Assembly (NCBI GenBank): GCA_907165135.1
Contig: OU015569.1
Span: 8,432,001-8,496,000, forward strand
Length of the DNA stretch: 64,000 bases
Direction: 5' to 3'
Origin: Oikopleura dioica
Lineage: Eukaryota > Animalia > Chordata
Below are positions 36,481 to 50,352 of this stretch, piece after piece. A program made the translations under genes and the position numbers. How positions within the stretch are numbered: the stretch's first letter is position 1; every line of letters starts with the position of its first letter. The notes under the pieces were generated by a model that saw only the letters and a program-made list of their open reading frames with translations, had not been told where the DNA came from and did no database searches.

Positions 36481-39400
36481 TTAAAGATTAGATTTCGTTT
36501 TGGCATTCGTTTTCTTGATGGTCTTTTCCAACTGTTTGATATATGAGGATACAAGATTCTCCATTTTGTATCCTTGTGTCGTCTCACATATCAGTTTAGA
36601 ACCTGAAATTGACAATGCTGAGTTTATTGTTTTCATCATTTTTTATACCGTTGATTAAGTTTCCAAATGACATCGAAAAATATGTCTCTCCAAATGACCA
36701 GTTTGTTATTTCAGAATATCCCTAGGCAGTTTTAGTAATTTTTTAATAGTAAAAGTTACTTTTCTCATGAGCTCGGCTTTTGAAACAGGATCTAACACGG
36801 TGATTCCACGCTTATGTATAGCAAGGATGATTTTCTCGGGCAACGTGCTATCGCCAAACTGGCGACACTCAACAAATGTCGAGCCAAAGTTGGGGAACTC
36901 AACCAACACTTTGAGGAATTTAAATTTTGCATCGTCGGGAGAAACTCCCGCCAGATTCGAAAGTTGCTTCTCAATATCTTTTCGTGCCTTATCCATTGAG
37001 AACTTTGACTAAATTGACATCAACAGTCATCAGATTTGACGAAAGCAACTTACATTCTGGGGAACAAGTTCGGTCGTTATTTGCCCCTTCTTAAGCGCCT
37101 GTCTGTTCAGGGGAGACTCGTCGAAGAAGGCAATGTATAGGTAAGCACCAAGCTCAGCCGCTTTCTTTTGATCGACATCGTAAAACCCGCGGAGGTACTT
37201 TTTGCTCTCTTGAGGGAAATTGAATAGCTTATCAGAGACAGCATCTTTGCCAGGAATAAAACTGATCCAAAGTTTTCGCATGAAATGAACTTTGTAGTCC
37301 GCTGCACTTTGACCAGAGCGGGATAAAGCGTCGGAAAGCTCCCGGATAACGTCGAAGAAGAATTGGTCGTCCTTGATCGCAATCATCTTGTCAGCGATGA
37401 AAATGAACAATGAGAATCCTAGAAACATCAGTGAATGTCTGTTTTTAGATATTGTTGGCTACCTTCGTGTGATTTCATGCGCAGACGTTTCGCGATTTGG
37501 GAAACTAGGTCGCCAGCTCGCATAGATGAGTCCAGGGCAAAAACTTCTTTCAGTTCCTGCGATGGGCCAAGGTGAATGAAATGGTAAATTTGAGTAGTCT
37601 CATTTTCAATAGCTTCAACCTCAGTCGAGTGCGGTGGCATTCGCCGAGCTCCATTACGATTAACTCTAAAAGAACGTTTTTCTCCAATAGTATTATCAAA
37701 AAAATTACCTATAAAGTCGTTGCGAACACTCCATTGCCATCGTATTTTCGTTTCTTGAGCTCAAGAAGCGACTAACGTGGGGATAAAGCTGCGCCGACGG
37801 TGGCATTAGACCACAAAGAAGCCAGAAGAGCTTCCAAGCTTTTTCCTCAGAAGCTTTTTTGGGATTCCGAGTGAGTTGTTTCATAATTTGGCAGTAGCAC
37901 TCATCTCGAAGTTCTTTCTTCTTCAATGGCAAATTGAAAATCGGATCCGTTTTGTCAGTTATATTGACTGTGCGGCCAGCCGGATGATCACCACAATATT
38001 TCAAAATTGCCAAAAACATATGCCCAGCATCCGATGTCAGGTAGTCCGGAGTTTTAATAAGGAGTGGTTGTGTAATCGGTTGTGTAGATTTCGCCCATGA
38101 TGCCTGACTCTTTGATTTATCGAATGCAATAACACCCTATTAGATACCGTTACATTTCAGCCGCAATTTCATCGCCAGAATTAATACGTATTTGCAATTT
38201 TCTAATGAACTTACTCGTGAGGTTTTGCCTTTGCTCTCATTTCTGAAAAAGTCCTGAGCATATTCTTGCAAAGTGTAGTATTTTGCGCTGGACTCTGTTT
38301 GTTCCATCTGTGCAGCTGACATTGTCTTTCGATTGAGTCGCTCAAGCTCGACATCAGTCATCTTGAAGAGTTTCACAAGCTCTTCGTCCGGCTTGAGCAA
38401 CGTTGGAACAACCCAAACATTCTCGGCTCTCACAGTGCCACTAAAACCAGTTCGATCGTTTCTTCCATGAGCTTCATTTTCGCCCAGTAGAGCTTTTCCT
38501 GCTACTTGGTCGAGAATGATAAGGTCACCACGAGCAAACGCTAGGTCTCCTTCTTGAACCATGTGCTGCGCAAGGTCAGTTTTTCCAACTGCAAACTGAC
38601 TTCTCGCTCTTAATCCTTCAACAAAAGTATTTACTATTTCATCTATGTCTTCGCAGGCGCTGCAAATGAATTGGTAGGATTTCTCTTGGATTGTTTCGAG
38701 AGTAAATCCATAAGGAACGTCCCGTACATTTCGAATGAGCTCGATTTGTCGAATTTCTGAAAATCGGATCTTTGCCAGGATACTCTCTGTCGTTGTTACG
38801 ATAAAAACACCCATCCAGTTGACAGCGATAAGCATATCAGTTCCTTCTGAGGATAAAAATTTGGCATCTCGCGAAACAGGTCTGATCTGGAAAAAGCGTG
38901 AGAATGGAAGAGTAAAATCTTTGCGGCATTGCCTCAGCATATGAGCTTGAACTTGCTCCGATGAAATCGATGATGTTTTCCACAGTTGATTTTCTTTCTT
39001 TAACTTTTCAAGAGCCGCTTTCACTTTCTGATTCCAAGCTTCAGGGCCTTCAGCTTTTCTTTTCGCTTCAGGAACGATTTCACGAACCACCTTTGCTGCT
39101 TTATCAGCATTCCAAGTTGCGCCACATTGAATTGTTAGTTCCTGAGCGGCGAGATTCGCTAGTTTGATGTCGTTTACATTCGGAAATTCGCCATAACTCA
39201 AACTGGAGATAATTTGTTTCCTTATAAGCTGAGAAGCGCGTAAATCGACCATAGGGTTGTACCAGGGAGAGAAGACCTCTTTTCTTAAAATAATCTGCCA
39301 GGGAGCACTTTCGGCCGCAAGTGATTGCTCAACAGAGATTTGCTCGCACTGAGCGATGGCATCCATGAGATGTTCACGGCCTCCGCCAAGTGAAGATACA

Positions 39401-42400
39401 CGCTGGAAAATGGAGATGAAAAGGCCAAACCCATAAGTTCCCTCATCTAGGCCTGCAAGTGATGCGATTTCTTGGCAAACTTCTTTGGCAGTGGTGGCAC
39501 TATCAGCTTTCACCTGATGGACAGTTTTGTCCATGAGGGATACGCGTACTTGAATTTGCTTTCTATTGCGAGCAGCTCTTATTTCTACGGTGTTTGGAGG
39601 CCATTGACGAACTCCGTTTTTGAGTGTCCTGTTTAACTTTCCCTCGTAGTATTGGTAATGTCTTGGTTGATTTTCGCGCAAAAAGCACCTCAAGTATTTT
39701 TCAAACTTTTCACTAGGCCCGAAACAGCCAACACACAAAGCCATAAGCATCCATCCACGCTGCGCTCCTTGCCTGTTTCTATTTTGTGTAAGTTGTTTGC
39801 AGATTTGACAGAAAATCTCATCTCGAAGCTCAGGTCTTATTATTCCCATTCCAATGATAAACTGAATTTTGGTAAGATGAGTTGTTCTATTGTCAGTAAA
39901 TTCTCGGAATCCGTCTGCAGCGGAGTATATTCTTGTTTTTCGTCCCTTCTGTGTTTCCATCATTGCTTTTGCTTTGGTCTTTTGCGCTCGACCAATTATT
40001 CTTAATCATTTGAGTTTTATTCAAAGATTCTAGTTAAAACCTCTGCAATCGGATGATTGTTGACTCGGGTCTACTATCTGTAGTCGTTGTGTTACGCGGC
40101 TCAGACATATCAAGCATAAAGCGCAAGATGGTGATCCAAATCGACAAAGACGCTGACCGATCTACTTCGTCATCGTGGTGCAAGAGCGGTTCTATTTAAA
40201 AATTGAAGAAAGTATTAAAATCATTGGCAACCTTTGAGCGGGCGCCTCAAGTGCGTATGAGAGACAGCAGACGTGAAATACGTTGTTGCATATTTCATGA
40301 ACGTGTACGCTGAGAGGTCATCGCTGAAGGCTCCTTGTTGGTTTCCGACTCCATGGTCTGCGTCTTCTATGTATTCAATATTGCCATCGTCGAGATCGTC
40401 GAAGTCACCGACTCCATTTTCAATATCTTTGAACATATTGTCGATCTCCTCAATATCTTAACCCAAAGTTGACTTGTATAAAAAAAACACTTCAAGTAAA
40501 ACCTTTTTGATCATTTTTCTGGGCCTCTTTCAAGCGTCTCTTATTTGCAAGCAGAGCAGCCAGCTGTTTCTTCTCTTCAGCATCAAATTCCGCCATTCGT
40601 TTCTAAAACATATCACCTTAAAACTGCATACTAAAATGTTTGCTTACCTTTTGTTCGCTCTTTGGCAACTTTTGTATTTCATTCTTTTGCATCTCACGTT
40701 TGTGATAGCGCCTGGCAAGAAGTCCTCGGACGTAAGACTGAATGATGACGACCGCGTCGTTTCTCTTGAATCTCGAGCTGCGGATCAGGTAGCCACGAGA
40801 ACGAGCTTGAAGCCGAATGATAAAGTTGCGAATTTTGTTGTACTTGTACTGCAGTTTATGTGCTTTCCAAACCGCTTGCAAGCGGGCGTAGCCGACTTTC
40901 ATCTGATTGTAGGCTACTCTAGCTTGAGCAGCTCTAGTCAGTGTCTGGATCATCAAAATTGTTGCGTTCAGTCTCTATAAAATGCACGCTCGAGTTTGAA
41001 GAAAAAAGTTTGAAAACCTTAACACGGCGACGTCGAAGCCACCCTCTTGTAGAGCGTTGAATGGTGATGATGTACTTGAGCAAGGCTTCTTCTCGAGCTC
41101 TTTCCATTCGAACTTCCTGGCCATCTGAGACATCGTGTTATCAAAAAAATAGCATAGTTTTAACTATAATTCTATCTTTGATACTAACTATTATTTTGAG
41201 TCTGTAAACAATAAAAAAAATCTAATAAATGATAAAAAAAATTTATCATTTTCCTGATTACTAGAATCTAAGCAAACCAGTCGTAATACATTTAGCAGTA
41301 TAATAATGGTAACAAGGTCCTTTCATGAACACTTTTGTGTGTCCGACCTTCCAATCTTCTTTCGGCAAGACCTTGGATAGAATTTCTCGACACTTTTCTC
41401 GGGGAGTAAAGTTGGGATTGTGGCGTAGATTTCCACAGCAAACGTCGTATCGACCGGTGAAATAGTCGAAGTCGTATCGAATCGGGTATCCAGCCTTTCG
41501 GATCGTAATTGTTTCTAACATTCCAGAGTACATCAGCTGTCTATGGACAAGTTGTCTGTCAAAGACCATCGCGGATTTGGTTTCATTGGGTTTGATGCAT
41601 CGCACGAAAAACGGCTCACATGATGTCAATGTCTTCATTAGCTCGTCCATTGATTTTGTGAACTGCTTCAGTAATGTCTTCGGTCTCTTATTTCCAGTGC
41701 CAGATGATTTTGCTCTAATTTCGCTCTTGAATAAGAATGCCAAAAACTTATTGCTTGAGTTCTCAACCAAAGACAAAGAATCAGCGTGGAAGGTGTCCCT
41801 ATTTTTCTCCAAGAATCCGCCAGTGTTGTAAGTGACGTCTCCAGCGAAATGAATAACTGTGAAAAGCTGGTCACGTGAATTGGTAGAAGCTGCGAAAATT
41901 CGACTTCCCTGATGCTTGTTTCGCAATTTCTCCAAAAGAGTAATGTCGGTTCCTCTTTTAAGTAAGTTGATTAGTGAATATAAGATGAATATTACCTAGG
42001 ATAAAATGCCTCCTCGTCAATAAGTGCGAACAGGTTCATTGGCTTCATCGCTATCAAGTCGAGAATATTCTGGTTATCAACAAACGAAATCTTGTCCCAC
42101 TTTATTCCTTCTCGGGTGTACTCCTCTTGTTCAAGCTTAAAGATGTGGTGGACGAAGAATTGCTGAAGCTTTTCATTCGCAAAGTTGATGCAAAGTTGTT
42201 CGAATGAGTTCTTTTCAAATTTTTCGAAGCCAAAAATATCCAAGAGACCGATGGACTTCCCTCCAAAGGGATCGTTTTTACGCTTTTTCGACTTGCCAAC
42301 TGCTGAGTTGACCTTATCGACAATCCAGGAGAACAATCGCCCGTAAACGCCTTTGATAAAAGCATCGAGCGTATCTCTCGATTTCGAAATATTCAAGATG

Positions 42401-44614
42401 GACTTGACAGTCTCGCCTCTCATCGCAAGAGTTTGTTCTGTTAGCTGAAGTTTGAGAGTGTCGGTTGATGCGCCTAAGAGTCGCGCAGCATGTTCCAGTG
42501 CTGAGTTGTTTTTAACCGCGGTAGCATCGTTATTGTCCACCACAGTCTCCTGAAGCTGGATATTGCTTTATTAGGCGTAAGTAGGTGTAAAAATATACGT
42601 CGATTCCACGGCAATTTATTATCGGAAAAGTGATTTTTCTGATTGAAAACCTGGATGGAAATTAACTCGATGGAAATCACACACATGGCTCTGATTTCCT
42701 GGAGTATAACAATCACGCCACCGTATTCGGTAAATTAATGTGGAATTTTCACAAATATTAACATGAAAGCCTTTCCTATAATGTAAAAGAGCAGCCAGCA
42801 GCTCGAAAATACGTGAATACTCGTTTTCTTTAAAATTAAGGATGCGCATTGCTGCTGCAACTTTGCTAAACTCTTCTCGGTCGTTCCACCCGTCAAGTTT
42901 GAGATTCGCTCCGACTTTCGTCATAGAATACTCAGAGGCACTCATCTTAAGGCCAAGCTTCTGTCGAGTATCGCCAGACAGTCCAGAAAGCATCATGTAG
43001 AAAATATGGAAGTTTCGCTCCCCACTTTGCTGCGAGATAAGACGCGACTTTTCAAGGAGGTACTCGTCGATGCGGGCGCATTCAATCTGCCCAGATGGAG
43101 TGAATTGAATGTCGATGTACTTCCCAAAGCGCGAGGAATTGTCATTTCGAAGTGTTCTATTTAGGATTCGACACAGAATTAAGGTCAACAAAGCGAAAGT
43201 AAAACGACAGCAGTGGAAATATTGGCCTCAAAAAGTTCCATTAAGCCCATTTGATGGTAGGTCAATATTTAGAAAGTAACTTTGTTTGTCAATATGATAT
43301 TGACAATATCCTTCTGTTTGGTTAATCCATTCCTTGCGTTTCCAAATGCTTCCAAGATTGGGTTGCTCTCCAAAATCTGTTGTTCGATCGCACTATGTTG
43401 ACCGGATGCAGCTGCTAAATACTGAAGCATCAGCTTTGTTGATTCTGTCTTCCCGGAACCAGACTCGCCAGAGACAACAACGCATTGGCTCATCTTATTG
43501 CGCATCATTCCTGAAATAATTAAATGAAATCAAAAAATATACAATCTTCTGTCTAGCCTGAACTATTCAAACTGACACAAACCTGTGTATGCGTTGTCAG
43601 TTATAGCAAAAACATGCGGCGGTTTTTCTCCGATCCTTTTGTTTGTATAAGCTTCGATTTGATTTTGTTCATAAAGGCCTAAATACTCGTTTCTATCGAA
43701 TTGTAAAATGAAGTCACTTACCGGGGATGATTTTATATGGATTGACAGCGACAAGAATCGTTCCTGTGTACGTGTAAATAGTATTTTGCTTGTAGCGAAC
43801 GTGCAAATTGCGCAGAATGCCAGACTCATTCAAGTCACCAAGCAAAATCATGTCTGCAACGCCCTAGACATTATCTTCAATTTTTGGGTACGTTTGTCGG
43901 AAAACGAACTATTCAAGAATTCCATCAAGGAAATCATCAAAATGACGGAAGAGAAGTCGCATGGAAATCAACGAAAGTACTGTAGTCGATAGCGCTTTCC
44001 AGTAAAGTTTCCAACTTGGAAAATCTAATTCCGATTTTTTTATTTGCGACATTCTTCAACAAGAAATTGAGTTTTACGGAAACTATCAAATTTGCTTAAG
44101 TAAATAAATAACCAGATATAGATCGAATCATAGAATTTCATTCATCGCATAAGAATTACTGAGCTCACCTTTACGGAGGAAGGATGCATGATTTTAACTT
44201 TGCCGAGGTCGGTTCCGACATCGATTCTGTGCTTCTTTCCGTGATCATCTTTGAATTCGATGATACGCCCCTTGCGATCGGTAATTTGGCCTCCGATCGG
44301 TACTTTTTCGGCTGCACAGCTCTTGCAAAATAATATTAATTTTGCCTTGTTAACATTTCGTCTTGGTCTCAAAAAGATGGAGAATTTATTCGAAGTAATT
44401 AATTCTGGGCAGATTTAGTATTGATCATCCTATAGTGCTCCCCGGATACGAATATCAATAAGCTAAAAAAATTCGGAGCCAAGGTGGTCATCCAAAGATG
44501 CAATGAAAAAGCAAACTAAAAGATAAGCTTGGATTCTCGTGCAGCCGTTCCTTGAAACCTGTCATCGCCTGTGTCGTACCAAATGAACTCGCCAACGCCT
44601 AATTGCGCGGCCAT
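36481..44614 (-). CDS. MYO7A: Unconventional myosin VIIa
   Basis: Motor ([36 protein letters not shown]...[19 protein letters not shown]), IQ repeats, MyTH4 ([13 protein letters not shown]), FERM, SH3-like, second MyTH4 ([13 protein letters not shown]) and FERM. Confidence 0.95.
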
Positions 44615-45612
44615 CGCCTCAACAGGAATCGGTTCCCGTTTTCGGATTTCTTAGAATCTCTAAAACTGGCTATGCAAGGAAAATCCACGTTAGAAAAAAT
44701 GAAGAATTTTCAGAGGGGTTTTCAAATAGAGAAGTTGTAGCCAGTTCGAATGACTCTTCTGCAAATAATTAACCATTTTGCATTTGCTTGAAATATTTGC
44801 GGAAAAGGTAAAAACCAATTTTTCAATAGTGACGCAAAACTCTCCCTATTCACACTTCATTAGAAAAACTCGAGTGAAGAAAATATACAAATATTTGAAT
44901 ATTTTATATATTAAAAGCGTATTAATCTATCTAAATCAACTTTGATTATAATCGCTGGTTAATTGTAACCAAAATTTGTGCCTTTTTCACCTGAAAAAAC
45001 CTAGAAAGCTCGTAATATAAAAGGATAGAACATAAAGATTAAGGGCTCCAAAGACATGAGCAAACGACGTAAGAGGCTTGTAAAGAAGTAATGTAAATAT
45101 TTTACGCGTGTGGCTAAAAGGCCGATTTCTGGATCTGTTAGCGCAACGGAACATATCATACCGCAAATATTCAGCGAAGTTAAAATTTACCTTTGAAATT
45201 TTGCAGCGCTAGAATCTCGAGCAATATAACGAGCTATAAAAGTAGATGCTCGAGCGTCGGCAAAAATGACACGAGCATTCACTTTAGGCACAAAGAGGCT
45301 GTACTATCGAGTGTTTGCAAGCAAACAGGGCAATTATTTCTGGATAGGGCGGATCTCCTCGTACGCCAAAAATAGAACATTTGCGAACGACATGATTTCC
45401 GTCCAAGGACGGGCGTAAATCAAACGAAGATTTCCCTGGAGTCGAGGTTTCCGACCGTCGGGAACCAGATATGGAAAGCGAAAAGCTAATGGAACATCGG
45501 ATAGATGCGCAAGATCGAGAGAGAGAAATCATCGGACCGTGCGCCATCTAAGAGCGGAAACCATTGCCAGTGCGCTTTCCATGCGCTCTTCTCTGATATA
45601 TAGAACATAAGA

Positions 45613-45852
45613 TTGCCGAACCCATCAAAAATGGACTCGATAATTATTTTCTCGAATAACGAAGTCATTTACGAATTTTACATGTTGATCTTGGCGATGT
45701 TTTTGGTGCAATTCTTCGCTCTCGTTGGCATCTTCCGAAAGCTCTGTGGAATACGACTCATGCTCGATGAGATCAGCCAGACTGAAATGCAACTACAAAA
45801 ACTTCGAAGTGAGATCGCTGGCGAATGTAAAATGTGTCTTTATTGCGTGTAA
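45613..45852 (+). CDS. Possible small single-pass membrane / coiled-coil protein
   Basis: MLILAMFLVQFFALVGIF followed by an amphipathic segment; no homology recognised. Confidence 0.25.
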   Translation: MPNPSKMDSIIIFSNNEVIYEFYMLILAMFLVQFFALVGIFRKLCGIRLMLDEISQTEMQLQKLRSEIAGECKMCLYCV

Positions 45853-46027
45853 TTCTCCGTATTTTGTCCGCTTTCACTTTGAATGATTGTAAATAACTCT
45901 CCAACAAAAGATCTTTTAAGTTTCAGGTCATTGGACATTTTATTAAAATATAATTTATCTTTTAATAAATTATATCAGTCAAATCCACTTTTTGTTTTCA
46001 TGCAGTCTAAGAAAGCTTCGTCGTGTT

Positions 46028-47726
46028 CTATGAGAATGTGATCTTATCTTCAAAAACGCCGAGCAAGGCCATCGCGACAAAGCCCAGTAAAAGTCCAAAA
46101 TTTTGGACGGCAAAGCGAGCCCATCGATTTGGAGTTGTTGATGTCATTTTCAATTGCGGCAACTGAAGGTATTTTTATCTTCACTTCATGTTGGACTTAC
46201 GATATTGACAAGACTAATGTAAATGAAAAGCCCAATAGTCGCACTCAGAAGCCAGTTCCCAGCCTCTGTTTTCTCAGCTAAGCTTTTTGTGGTTATTCCT
46301 AGCTGATCAAGAGATATTTTAATATTAATATGTTGATCTAACCGCGTCCCTAAGACCAAGAAAAAGTCCACCAAAACTGCAGCAAGCCGAAAATAGATTG
46401 AGTAAAAGTGCTTTCCAAATGGTGAGTCCCAAATTCTTAAATTGAAATTTAAAAATCAAATTTTCTTACATTCTTCAACCTGGTAGATTGCAAAGTCTCC
46501 CAGCTCATGAGGGAGCTCATGTAAGAATATAGCAATCGTTGTCGCCATACCAAGTTGCCAGCTGTAACGCCAACTCACACCGATCGCGATTCCGTCAACG
46601 AAATTGTGCATAACATCCCCGACGGCCACACCAATAATACTAGCTTTATCTTTCTCTTTTGCAACCCCTACATCGCTTGTCTTGTCTAAAGTCTCATCGA
46701 GGTCCATTCTGTTGCCGACTTTATCTGCGTTGAAAAAAAAATAAAAGCATAAATTGAGAAAATACTGAAATATAAGAATTCAAAATAACAACGTTTCCTA
46801 AATCATTGTTGGCTGTCGGGGCGCTTGGTTGCGGTCCATGGCTGTGGCCATGTCCACCAAAGCCAGAAATACTACTGAGCGATTCCATAATCCAAAATAA
46901 ATGCATCATCCCAACCGTCAAGGCCATTCTGCCTAAAGCAAGCATGAACTTGCTTTCTTCTTCAGCATGGCCGCCTTCTTCGTCGGAGTGATCGGAATGA
47001 TCTTCAGACTATAAAATCATCTAATTTCGACGGGATTAATCGTCGCAAGCAATTGATTTTTAACAATGACGAGCAAATAGCCTCATTATAAATTTTACCT
47101 CTTCATCATGGTTATGCAGACCTAAGACTTTTGGAAGGATGTGGAAAAACGTGTCGCCAAGCATTGTAGAGATTCCAAGGGCAATGAAAAAGTCAAAGAT
47201 TAGCTCTTGCGATCTTTGGTTGGTTATGCATCTTTGGTTGCAAATAACAATTGTTATTCCAGCCAGCGAGAGCAGACTTATCAGAGCATTCGCAAGAGAC
47301 GCGTATCCATACGCCTTTGCTCTTGTCCAGGCTTCATTGCTATCATTTTCTTCGTGGTCATGATCATCGTGCTCATCATCATCATGCTCATCATCATCAT
47401 GCTCATCATCATGCTCACCATCGTGATCGTGGTCATCTTCATTTTTATGTTCGTGATCACCGTCCTCCTCTAAGAATTCATATAAGTGGTATCGCGGTAA
47501 TATTCAATCCCCACTTTCCTGCCAGGGTAATAAAATGTTACGCAAGAAAAATAATCGGTTAGAAATAATATTTTTAAACTCGAAAAATCATACCTCTCCG
47601 TGTTCTTATTTTTGCGGCTTCCGGGAGAGAAATCACCGATTTTGAGAGAGATTTTGGGAAAAGATTGCAAACTGCTCCATCGAGCAGAATTAACGATAAA
47701 AATAAATATAGGAGCGCCCGCTTCAT
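46028..47726 (-). CDS. ZIP zinc transporter, LIV-1 subfamily (SLC39A)
   Basis: Signal peptide MKRALLYLFLSLILL, His/Asp-rich ectodomain, LGDTFFHILP, GHGHSH loop, GDVMHNFVDGIAIG and the HELPHELGDFA signature. Confidence 0.93.
47371..47421. repeat. Coding tandem repeat (GCTCATCATCATCAT)n
   Basis: About 3.5 copies; on the minus strand they encode EHDDD repeats of the ZIP His-rich ectodomain. Confidence 0.9.
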
Positions 47727-48630
47727 GACTTCTCTAAACTGCTCTGCTACCGGGCGAAGCGGGATTCTTCACTGAACTCGTTAATAGTCGCTACGGGTCG
47801 CGCCGCTCTAAATCCTTTGAATGAGAATCGCTTTAGTTACGATCGAATGAAAAAAGATTGACATACTCATAACCGCCTAGGGCGCACTTCTTTTCAATCA
47901 TCTTTATGTTCCAAAACGCAAACATCAACAATCAGCATTTACGCTAACATTGATTGATATGTGGATTCATATATATACACACATATTCTAACTTACAAAG
48001 TAATACTTTATCTATAGTATGGCGGCCTCTCTGACAGATCTTCTCCTCAAGACGGCTCATCAAGATCACTAACAACCTCAATTAAGTCAAATTTTATCTC
48101 CACGGCCCTCCAGCTAAAACGCCGAAAAATACTTTTGCAGTAAAAGAAAAATATTTTATTGCTTCAATCATTCTAAGTGAAAGAGAAATCACGTTCTTTG
48201 CGAAAATCGTTTCCCATAAGTTTGATAATAAAATTAAGGCTTTCAATCATAATTCGAGGCTTTGCATCCATCTCATGATCCTCGATGGAGGATGCTCTCA
48301 TGATATTAAACCTGGCCGTTAGATTTGGGATTCTGACGGTTTTAAAAGCCTTTTATTATAATAAAATATCACTTATATTCAAATTTACATGTAAAGTTAA
48401 TACATGGGGTAAGCGATCTTTATTTCCGTTGGAATACCTCTTTGTTAGGTTCACTCTGAAAAACAAGCGCGCCAACACTGCCTTGCCGTTTTTCCATCTG
48501 AAAAACAACCGGTGGCGCCAGCAGTGTTACGGGCAAATTGACGGTTTTCAAAAATTCAGACGCGATAAATCACTTCACTATAACGCACACTTTTTTATTT
48601 CTTCACATTTTCACGAATAGTCATAGAAAT

Positions 48631-49492
48631 ATGAGTTTGTCCGAGGAAAGTTCAAATGCACCCCCACCGTACCCCAGCGCACCTCCACAGAGTGACAAGC
48701 ATCTCTCACCCGTGTTAGAACGGGGAGAATCCAAAGTAGCTCTTGAGCCCGGCACGCCAGCCAAAGCTGCCCAAAGACTAGGAGTGCCTCCCAATTTACC
48801 TCAACCGGTTACTATGCAGCCTCAGCCCACAGGTAAGACCCTCTTCTTTCAACACAAAAATAGTTTTTTTTAGCTGTGCCCGTGGTTGTCGCCATGAACC
48901 AAACATCCAATGTGCACAACCACATCCACGGAAAACGCAATTGGGACAAGGATTTGTTCGGCTGTGACTGGCATTGCGGTAACAAAAAAGTCGACTGCTG
49001 TGTCAACATTTGTTGCCCAGGTTTCGGCGTTGCTGATGTACAAATGCGAGAAGGTATTACTTAAGACTTTAATAAACTCTAACAGTTTTCAGGGTATACA
49101 CATTTCGCCGCCTTAGCCCTTGGAATGATCGCACATATGGGATCTCCATTTGGCTGTGCGCTTCCTAGTCCATTGAGTGCATGCGTCGTATGCCTTGTAC
49201 GCCAAGAATTTCGACGAAAGCATGGATTCAAAGGCCACTGGTGTCGCGACTGCTGCGCGTCTTTGCTTTGGTAATGCTTCGTTTCAAGAAATAGATCATT
49301 ATATATTTATCTATTCTTATTAGTAAAAACTAAATATTCATTTGAAGTTCACCTTTGGTGATTGGACAAATGCAGAAGCAGCAAGAGAAGTTCGCGGAAC
49401 GAGAACGGCTCATCAAAAACGGCAATTCTTCTGCGCAACTTATCGGGACCTCTGGAGGTGCTTCACGTAATTACGTTCAAGGCAATTACTAA
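48631..49492 (+). CDS. PLAC8/cornifelin-family Cys-rich protein
   Basis: Pro-rich N-terminus with PPPY, then WDKDLFGC...CCVNICCPGF and VRQEFRRKHGFKGHWCRDCC. Confidence 0.82.
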
Positions 49493-50352
49493 ACGCCTTG
49501 AGCTTTCACAAAATAAGCTGTGCTATCACTCACTGCCAAACTCGCGTTCTCAATAAACTGTTCAATTTATTAGAAGATGTTTTTGTCTTAAATTTGTAGG
49601 AGCAGGAAAATATTCTTTGGTCGCATTTTCATATTCATCAGTTAAAAAAGCAAAACAAATATGGACCATGTTACATGGTGGTTTAGCTGCCACATCTAAA
49701 CATCATGGATTAAGCAAGATGCACTTGAGGTTGAAACTATTCTTCAATGATTGGAACTGCTTTATGATAGTTGGTTAACCTGCAGATATCAATGCATAGT
49801 GACATAACGCGTAAGGGTTCTCAACGAGTCTCTTACATGGTTCGTAATAATCATTAGAGGGATGTTTACTTTATTTGAAGTTTTCTGATCAGATAGCTGT
49901 CAAATAGTAGAAAAATGTGCTCAGAAATTTAATCATAATTTTGACTAGATGATGGTGGCTCGGTTTTTCTTTATTATTATTATCATGGCCTGGCTTAAAT
50001 TAATATATAATTTGCACGTTGAGAGAAAGGAACCAATCAGTTAATCACATGTAAGATAGGTTTCAAAGCGTTTGTTGTCCTTAAAGTTGAGAGAGCTAAA
50101 GTTTGAACGCCTCGCCATCAATCATCGAAGGTAGCACCAGTCGACCATATAGTTTACGGAAGGCACAGTGTTTAGTGGTTAAATTAAGTTATCGCCAGAG
50201 AATCAACGCGGGAAAGAATATTTACAGCAGCGGAAAATTCACAGCGCAAGTATTTTATAGAACTAAATGGGGTCAATCCCTTTTCTCTACCTTTCGTTGA
50301 ATAATTTATATTAAATAGGAAATACGTGAGGAAAAACAACGAGACGTAGAGT

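Noticed and set aside
45284-45560. Acidic + strand frame ending GPCAI* as a prenylated protein
   Set aside because: The Cys is third from the end, so not CaaX, and no start or splice structure could be supported.
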